Assembly (NCBI RefSeq): GCF_006345805.1
Contig: NC_043007.1
Span: forward strand, 2,604,001 to 2,668,000
Length of the DNA: 64,000 nt
Origin: Octopus sinensis
Taxonomy: Eukaryota
Direction: 5' to 3'
Position numbers and translations under genes: made by a program. Below the pieces are notes generated by a model. It did no database searches and was not told the origin of the DNA. It saw only the letters and a program-made list of their open reading frames with translations. Of the stretch, positions 54,540 through 64,000 are shown piece after piece; position 1 is the first letter of the stretch, and the number at the start of each line of letters is the position of its first letter.

Positions 54540-55050
54540 CAGTTCGATTCAAATACGTTGGTAGATCTGATTTTTAAGCGCGATGCTAGTAATCAGCCAT
54601 TTTGAATTTGAATTACAGATCGTGGGCTGCGATTGGTCGAGGAAATTCATGTGGTGTCGTGGTTTGATGTTGGTTGATGGGTAACAGCTGGCTGGAAAAT
54701 ACTGCATGGTGGACAGGATATTGATCATGTGGAAGACAGGAAATAGATCAAATGGTGATTAGAAATCGGTCAGATCGTTAAGTGTAATTAGGAAAGGGCG
54801 GCATGTGCAAGTATATATTACTATATGTGGGCGTGTAAACGCGCTCATTTGCAACGGCAGTTGCAGGTTGAGTTTGGGGTGATGTGGGTGCATATTAATG
54901 TCTGTTGATGCATGCGATGTTCGTTATGATGATGTCTAAGCATGGGTATCTGACCATGACATTATGGAGGTTGAAGAGTTTTTAATTCATATGGCTTCTA
55001 GGGTAGTGTTTCTTAATTAACGACAGAAGACCCCCTAGCTACGTTGAAAG
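54540..55050 (-). pseudogene. Penelope-like element ORF remnant (RT C-terminus into GIY-YIG endonuclease)
   Basis: Manual - strand translation with frameshifts: FNVARG..LIKKHYPRSH..LFNLHNVMVRYPC...STCNCR...VIYTCT...TSIALKNQIYQ, resembling the PLE motifs LIDKHFP..HKIFN..VKVSYSC / CNCR / VVY. Confidence 0.65.
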
Positions 55051-55068
55051 ATTCCCCTCTTCAGTATG

Positions 55069-55127
55069 TGCCGCTGAAGAGGGGAAAATTTCTTGTGAAT
55101 TAACCCCGAAATTGGACCAATACGGTA
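55069..55127 (+). ncRNA. Type I hammerhead ribozyme at the start of a pLTR-like segment (to ~55340)
   Basis: Helix I TGCCG/CGGTA; CTGAAGA 55074-55080; helix II GGGG/CCCC; GAAA 55108-55111; helix III TTGG-A-CCAA; AUA cleavage after 55122. Confidence 0.87.
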
Positions 55128-55583
55128 ATAACGAATTTTTTAGAGATTTCTATCGGTTTGTTTCGAGACGCATAAATTTAATGGTTATCGACAATTTTTT
55201 GTTTCGGCGTATCTGGCATTAGAATTTTTCTTCTGCCCTTATCTTGTAAATTATGTATAAATTTTACCTTTAAAGGCATTTTTTGATATGCTGGCCATTG
55301 ATAAAATTTATTTCCCGAAAAATGTTTATCCTATATCAATTATATATATGTATATATATATATGTATATATGTATATATATATGTTTATGTATGTATATA
55401 TGTGTGTTTATGTATGTATGCATATATGTTTATGTATATATATGTATATATATGAATATATATATATGTATATATATGTATGCATATATATACGTATATG
55501 TATATATATAACTGTACATATATATACATATATACATATATATATACGTATATATTTATATACATATAAATATTTATACATAT

Positions 55584-55633
<50 letters not shown>

Positions 55634-55679
55634 ACGAACATATACATATATCTTCGGGAAAACGGATACCCTGATATTT

Positions 55680-56415
55680 CCATACTCCCTTCTTTCAGGT
55701 GATGTTCTCATGGCATCCAACAACATCACAAGCTTTGGAGTAATCGTGAACAACAACATAAGCTAGGCCGCTCCTATAAACAGTAAAGTTAATGTGGCTC
55801 GCAGAATGTGTTCCTGGGTTCTCAGAATTCTACAGTCCTGAAATATCCACACCATTATTCTGTCGTCTCCTCACACGAAACAAAGTATCATGGAAACTGA
55901 AGCACGTCAAATATCAATTACAAAAAGATAGATAGCATGATAGGTCTTGAAAATTAGGGTCGACTAGAAAATTTCAAGCTTTATTCTCTCCAACGTTGCC
56001 GTGAGTACTACATCATCTACATGATGTGGAAAATATGCCCTCAGCATTGCGCAAATGATGCTGGCATCGCCTTTAAGATACACTCCGTGCTATCCACCCA
56101 CAACGTAAATCATACGCGCATAACATGACAACAATACGGCACAATTATTTCCCCTCAATTGGTCCCGCTGTCTTGAACACTACACCAAAATATATTAAAG
56201 CAGAAACAGAACGCCATAAAGTTCAAGAAGTCTTTGGAAAATTTCCTTCAAGAGTTCCCGGATAATCGATCCTACACTTGGATATATCTCCGTAAACAAT
56301 AACTCTCTCAGAGAGGGGGCCAAGTTGTCCGATTCCTGATTCGAATGACTTTGCCAGGTGGTATTATTAAGTTAGTCATGGCCTGGGCCAATGCAGGTCG
56401 AAACCTATCAAAGTA
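55680..56415 (+). mobile_element. CR1/L2-group LINE 3' remnant
   Basis: SFGVIVNNNIS, RMCSWVLR, RLENFKLYSLQRCREYYII, GPAVLNTTP, FLQEFPD. Confidence 0.75.
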
Positions 56416-56719
56416 CACACACACACACACACAAACACGCATACACACACCACACACACACAAACACGCATACACACACAAACACACACACACATACAAT
56501 ATGGATATACATGGTTAGGGTATCGGACTCACATCCGCAAGATTTTGGCTTCCATTTCCTAATCAAAAACACTTAATTTCACGTTGCCACAGTCAACTCA
56601 GCTGACAAAGTGAGTATTCTCGCGACGGACCTGTATACTCCACTTCGACGGGGAGCATGCATACCACAAAATCTTGGAAACAGATCCTATAAGGATGGAG
56701 TATATGTATCTATATAAGA

Positions 56720-56895
56720 TGAGACCTCCTTCAGTTATGACTGACCATGGAATTGCACCTAGAAACTTACCCACCCAGGCACAAGTCCAGACAAGGTTGT
56801 TTATGGAAGACCAGCAGTCGCATATGCATACCGGCCTCCCCTCTCCACGCCACCAGTGTTAACCAAGGGAGAAGCAAAGGCCGACACAGCTTGTG
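56720..56895 (-). mobile_element. SINE family 3, 3' portion
   Basis: Reverse complement of ~19885-20052. Confidence 0.8.
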
Positions 56896-57515
56896 ATGTC
56901 GCCTGTGATATGAGTATTGGCATCTGTGATATATATTATATATATATATATGTATATATTTATTTATAAAGCGCATGTTGATACAGATATTGTTTTATTT
57001 GGAGATGGTAATTTTTCTTGCCAAATAAACACACGCACTATATATTCATTCTTCACTTGCTTATGATTGCTTATTACTGTCCTTATTTTGAGATGAAAGA
57101 ATCACTGAAGAGGTCACAGATGTGTGACGAAATATCTACAGACATAGGGCATTAGATAATAATAAAAATAATAAAGAAGTCATGAAGGAAAATATAGTCC
57201 GTGTTTATCAAGAAAAATAGATCATCACGAAAGATTACACTATTCATTCAAAAAGCATACATAAATAATACATCTACACACATATACATACATACATATA
57301 TATATATACATATATATATGTGTGTATGTATGTACATGTATTATTTATGTATATATATAGGGAGAGTTTACGAAATAAGAAACAAAAGACGAAGACAGGT
57401 GGTGTACAAAACTAACAGATGTATTAGTATAACTCTCAGGAATTGAAAAATTATTTTACCTTTCTAACCTGACTCTACTATGTATAATATATACACCATA
57501 CTATATATATATTAT

Positions 57516-57572
<57 letters not shown>

Positions 57573-58102
57573 TGTGTGGTGTGTGTGTGTGTACATTACA
57601 CACAATTCATAATGATTGTTACAAATTCTTGTTATGTAAGGGTAACATTTGAGTATATTTGTGCGAATACGTTTGATGCCCATTGGTAGCGTTATTAAAG
57701 GTTTAGTCAGTTCTTATTGGTAACCTTTTATAACAAACATTTAATAAATTGCATTTATAGAAATTTGATTTATAGAAGGTGTGGTAAGTAAATAAACGAT
57801 ATATTTTCTGAATTATCTAGTGAAAAATAATTGAATATTATTTGAACATCGAATATATGTGGTATTTAATCTTCTCTTGACTGAAAATCCAATACCAACA
57901 ACTACTGCCAACAATCTGCCCACGCAAACCCATTTAATAACTTCTCTTCTTTGACAATTCACTGATATTCGGTGTTGATAACAATGAAGCGAAGGCGTAA
58001 TTTGCGTCAATATAAAACTCCATCTCCTTCTGCGATATATATATATATATATATATTATAATATACAGAATATGTATGTATACATACAAATACTACATAC
58101 AT

Positions 58103-58150
<48 letters not shown>

Positions 58151-58213
58151 CATATATATATATAATATATATATATATTTATTTATTTATATATTTATAT
58201 ATATATATATACA

Positions 58214-58262
<49 letters not shown>

Positions 58263-59073
58263 TTATACACATATATATTTATATATATATTTATATATAT
58301 ATATGTGTATATATACATATTTATATATATATATTTAGATATATATATATATATTTATATACACATATATATTTATATACACATGTGTGTATACACACGT
58401 ACACGCATACAGTATATATATTAATATATGTATACACACATACATGCATACATACGTACATACGCACAAACACACACACACACATATATATATGTATACA
58501 CATGTATGTATGTACGTAAGCATTTATACATGCGTATATACATATATACGCATCATCATTTATTTATACAGGGTGGTGCACATTAGGCTAACAGAATGTA
58601 TATTATATACGTAAATGTGCATATGTATAATCAGGTATAAACACAGTCATATATGTATTGTCTTTAAATACTCATATTGTCATTGAATGCTTGAAATGAG
58701 GAGTAGATAGAAAGCCGACAACCGATGAAGGGTCGTTCTTTGCGTTTATATCCGGTTTCCCTTTTACTCTCCCTTTGTTTGAGTATTTAATTCGTTTGTT
58801 TACGCAATTCGTGTTGTTTAGACAGTTGGTGACATCCTGTACCAATTTATGCATATATATAGGTATACACACATATTGATATATATATATGTATGCATGT
58901 AAGTATGTATCTATATATAATATAATATAATATATATATATATATATATGTGTGTATATATGTATCTATATATATATATACAAAATATATATATATATGT
59001 ACCACATATATTCATACACACATACACATACACACATACACATAGATATAAATAAATATATATACATATACAT

Positions 59074-59104
<31 letters not shown>

Positions 59105-59369
59105 CATACACACACATATACATGTATATATATATATATATATATACACACAAACAAATACATATCTATATACATAGATACATAGACACACATATACAAA
59201 CATACAAATATATACATATATATGCATGTAGATCTCCCACATCTACATCACCTCATCCTCCTCTTCTTCTTCACATATGCTTTTGTATTTTATATATTAT
59301 ATTATATTATATATATATTCTTTGTTATTCCTCCCATTTTTTGTATATATTGGTTTTGTATGCATACTT

Positions 59370-60200
59370 GTCAGAAAAAATTCCAGTTCCTACGCTACCG
59401 AGATACAAAGCTACACGACATTCAGACTGGATACACTGGCCTCGGAGGAATTGAAATCACCGAATCAAAATCAGTGCATGGCCTGGGCATTGACATGAGC
59501 AATGATGCATCTTTCTAAGTGCATATTACCCATTTGGTAATAAAATGTAGACGGTTGGCTGGCTAGATCCTCCGAACTTTCAAAACAAGAGAAAAGGAGA
59601 CATTGATCATCCTTTGGCGGACATACGTTCTTAGCCGCTTAGACTATTGCTCCCAACTATGGTCACCACGCAATAAAAAATCCGCGGCGGAACTCGAAGC
59701 AATCCAACGAAGCTACACTAAGAAAATCGTCTCGATGCAACATGTCAGCAACTGGGAAAGACTGAAAGAATTAAAACTCTTCTCCCTGGAGTGAAGGTGA
59801 GAGAGATATGCAGTGATATACAGCTGGAAATTCTTAGAAGGCCATCTACCAAACTTTGGCATTGAAAGTTATTCAAAGTGCAGAACGGGGTGCAGCTGCA
59901 TAGTGCCAGGGATCCTAGCATCGCCATCAAAAAGCAGGACCAGATGCTGCAACAGATTGGGCTTCAAGGGCCCACAGCTCTTTAATATCCTTCCAAAATG
60001 CCTGAGAGAACTGCATGGTGTGGATGTGTCTTTAAAAAAAACTGGATCGCTTGCTGTCATGGGTTCCAGATGAGGGCAGCAGCATCAACTCTTTCATTGA
60101 CCAAATGCTACAAATTAGAGAAGGTTTCAAATAATGGTGCAGCTCAGTCAATGGTAGTGCTCCAGTATGACACCGCTTTGCAGCTGAAACATTACAAAAA
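59370..60200 (+). mobile_element. CR1/L2-group LINE 3' remnant
   Basis: KFQFLRY, LGIDMSNDASF, LWRTYVLSRLDYCSQLWSP, LEAIQRSYTKKI, WERLKELKLFSLE, GPQLFNILP. Confidence 0.85.
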
Positions 60201-60235
60201 TGCGTATATGTAAATATATATATGTAAATACATAT

Positions 60236-60270
<35 letters not shown>

Positions 60271-60272
<2 letters not shown>

Positions 60273-60675
60273 CTCTTTTACTCTGTCTTAATCTTGTTTC
60301 AGTCATTTGACTGCGGCCATGCTGGAACATCGCCTTTAATCGGGCAACTCGACCCCGAGACTTATTCTTTTGTAAGCCCAGTACTTATTCTATCGGTCTC
60401 TTTTGCCGAACAGCTAAGTAACGGGGACATAAACACACCAGCATCGGGGGACAAACACAGACACACAAACACACACACATACATATAAACATATATATAT
60501 ATATATATACGGTGGGCTTCTTTCAGTTTCCGTCTACCAATCCCACTCATAAAGGCTCTGGTCGGCCCGAGGCTATAGTAGAAGACACTTGCCGAAGGTG
60601 CCACGCAGTGAGATTGAACCTGGAACCATGTGGTTCATAAACAAGCTACTTACCACACAGCCACTCCTGCGCCTA
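60271..60675 (-). mobile_element. SINE family 1
   Basis: Homologous to the other family 1 copies. Confidence 0.9.
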
Positions 60676-61135
60676 TTATGGTTTGATATGTATAACTATT
60701 ACTATACTTTGTATTATTGCGTTTACATATTGTTTGTACGTAGCATTTCTCTTTATAGATGGATATTCTCAGAGAATAACACTTGGTCAGTTCGCATCCA
60801 CCATGTAAGATCATGGAATTGCTCGTCTGCAGGGTTTGGCAACAATAGAACTTAAATACAAATAAACACATCAGAAATAAAGTCCAGCGCGAAAACGATC
60901 AACTGTGACTTCGAAGTTTTGGCTTGCTCTCTTTCATGAAACTATGCTTTACACCATTCTTTTTTTTTTTGTGGTGCGAAAAAAACAACAACATTAAATC
61001 ATTTGATAATGTCGAGCAAATCAAATTTCGATGCCACTGAAACGTTTCCATTGTAAATGTTTAAACTCTTACACACGTACCAACACATACTCGTATACAC
61101 ATATACACATGCATATAGAACATACGCACATATGC

Positions 61136-61189
<54 letters not shown>

Positions 61190-63312
61190 CATATACACAT
61201 ATATATATGTATGTTATACATACTTACATATAATATAATACAATATAAATAATTATATATATATATACTGTAGGAGAAATTCATAAATTTTAATCAGTCA
61301 CTGCATAACTTAATTTAACTTCGATAAAATACAAGTGACTATCGTAAACGGCTCGTACATTTTATATAGAATATCGCCCAAAACGAATATTGTCGGCGCG
61401 TCAGTTACTAGCACCACTGTGTGTCAATGATGTAAATCTCTGACATATTAGAGTCGCCAACACTGGCAGCAATATCTGAAGTAAATGCAATCTGTCAGTG
61501 ACCATAGACTAATTAGTTGCTGAAGAGTTCACAATGATGCTTGAATTTAATTTTGTTGATTCCACTGTTTTTTTTTCTCTCTATTTTGTTCACAGGTGGT
61601 GTATGCACAATGGTAGTCGTTTACGTCTGCTCAACATATTCAATTTATTTCAAATAATGTCGTTACCCGACTCCGGGTCAATTATTATATATTTATCGTG
61701 TTGCATATCATAGCATGAATAATGAACTCTCTTGTGTCAGTAATTCATAAGAGGCCATGTAATAAGAATGTATCGTTCATATAAGTCTAGATAACTAATT
61801 TACAATAGTGGCTGTGAATACGGTCTGAAGGTCACTCGACAGAATTCTTAAAGCGTGGAACAGACTGCTTTACGGTAACCTTTCCAGCACTTTACGTTCT
61901 GAGTTCAAATCCCATTGCAGTGAACTTTGTCTTGGTGTGGAGAAATAAACTACTCTTTGCCAGGATCAATTCTCGTCTCTTCCTCTCTGCCACCTTTCTT
62001 TCCGCATGTCAGACTTGATCCATTCTGGAGGGAATCAAATGCGAAATGGATCAGAGAAGGATACGTTCTGCCGGTTCAAGAAATTCTCAACATACGCTGT
62101 ATATTTAGTCGGTTACCCTACAACTCCACGAAGGAGTTGAAAGCTCCAGGCAAAGCAATGCCACATATTGATTTATTTGATGACTTCATTACTGAGAGAA
62201 ATATAGTTGTTTTATGATGAAACCGCAAAGCGCACTGAAACAATATCTATCGATCTTTACTTTTTCTGTTCCCTGTGAAACTGTATGGGAATATTGCTAG
62301 CTGCTTTTGGCTGACCTGTGTAACAATTTTAATTAAATTACACACACAGTATGAGTTAAAGTCAGTCGGTGTGTTCTATGGCAATATTATAGCATCAAAA
62401 ATGGACAGACATCAGTAGACTGTTAGATCACTATTGCAACAAAGAATGTGTTATTCGTATAAGCCGGCGTACCTAGTTTAATATAATCTCTCAAGATTAT
62501 ATTACGGGGGTAAAATAAGATTGTTATTTAATAAATAGACATTCGTTGAATCAGAGGTAAAATAGAAATTATCTAATATACTAAGAGAGCAGAAGTTGAA
62601 AGATTACTTAAAGTGTTTTCCGTTAGAAGATTTCGGTTGAAAAGGATTTTATTTGCAAAACAATATTCGCAAAGAAATTCTGGTAAAAAGAGAGAAGAGA
62701 AGAGTTGTGCGCGGAAATTAAGAAGGAGGAAATAATAAAAATAGAGTGGTGGATAAAAGGTGGAACAGTATAAAGAAATGAATGAAGAAAAAGGTAAAGT
62801 TATACTCACACCCCTATGAACATTCCTGCCACACTTTCTTTTTTCAATACGTGCATTTCGGTTGAAACGGAATTTCTTTGAAAGTAAAAATGATATATAA
62901 TGAGATGGGAATAAATGGGATGCGTGTACGAGTGTGGCTGTGCGTTTGTGTATGTGTGTGAGAGAGGGAGAGAGACAGAGACAGAGAGACAAACAGAGAC
63001 AGAGAGATAGGCAGACAGAGAAAGGAAGAGAGAAAGAGAGGGAGAGAGAAAGAGGGAGATTGTTCTGTAAAGCAGTGAAAAAGTAGACTGAAGGAGAAAC
63101 AAAAAGAACAGATCGAAGGTAGATATAAAACAAAAGTACAGGTTCCTAGAAAACAAGAACTTAATACAGAAGAAGTGGAATGCATGTAAGCCACCGAAGG
63201 CTGGGATAAGTCGAAATGCAAAAAAGCCATCAATTAAGTGAATAAAAAGTACTCACATCTAATATTGCAGAACGATATAGAGTGAAAATATGGTACATTA
63301 AAAGCTTTCTGC

Positions 63313-63363
<51 letters not shown>

Positions 63364-63376
63364 GATCTATCTATCT
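63313..63376 (+). repeat. (ATCT)n microsatellite
   Basis: Direct reading. Confidence 0.95.
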
Positions 63377-63568
63377 ATATATATATATATATATATAATA
63401 TATATATAATAAATATAAATATATATTTAGATACGAAATAAAAGCAGCGCTGGTACAATAAATAGCATTAACTACTATACTTCACATATATGCTTCGTGT
63501 ATTTGCTGGCGGGTTGCTATTGCTGCAGTGGATATATACCCTCTCAAAGCGGCGTGTTAACATATATG

Positions 63569-63622
<54 letters not shown>

Positions 63623-63664
63623 CAATAATAATTCTCTAAATGAGATATAGACAGTGACTGCTCC

Positions 63665-63838
63665 ATAATATAAGGGACATTAGCCAACTGAATATGGCTA
63701 GGGACAGGGCAGGGTGGTGGGGGTGTCAATGTTGCATTAGCCCGTTGATGTTCGCCTGCGGCTAAATGCAACAGTGACACCCCCACCACCCTGCCCTGTC
63801 CCTAGCCATATTCAGTTGGCTAATGTCCCTTATATTAT
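63665..63838. mobile_element. Hairpin MITE-like element (~78-bp arms, 17-nt loop)
   Basis: Arms 63665-63742 and 63760-63838 are reverse complements with one mismatch and one indel. Confidence 0.8.
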
Positions 63839-63915
63839 ATATATATATATATATATATGTATATACATTCATACATATATATGTATATATATAACATATA
63901 TAAGTATATATGTTG

Positions 63916-63997
<82 letters not shown>

Positions 63998-64000
63998 AAT

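Noticed and set aside
58670-58850. CCGATGAAGGG hammerhead-like core
   Set aside because: No downstream GAAA box or helix III in the required position

Overview
AT-rich, microsatellite-dense eukaryotic intergenic or intronic DNA. The repeat landscape (tRNA-derived SINEs, RTE, R4/Dong, CR1/L2 and Penelope elements) strongly suggests an octopus or other cephalopod genome; this is an inference. No host protein-coding gene is securely identifiable, and most ORFs in the track are (TA)n/(CA)n artefacts. Recognisable content: a decayed Tc1 transposon, a young 5'-truncated RTE LINE with three C2H2 fingers and a target-site duplication (TSD), several R4/Dong-like remnants beside (TAA)n, CR1/L2-group LINE 3' ends, a Mag-like Gypsy remnant, a non-autonomous Helitron, MITEs and at least four SINE families. 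The most notable signal is a set of type I hammerhead ribozyme motifs (CUGANGA...GAAA...UH) in at least five short non-coding elements of different sequence. All have (near-)palindromic helix III, and most sit in fold-back or tandem arrangements within (TA)n tracts. One abuts a Penelope RT/GIY-YIG remnant. Together these suggest a Penelope-mobilised, retrozyme-like system. All coordinates and pairings were read by eye.
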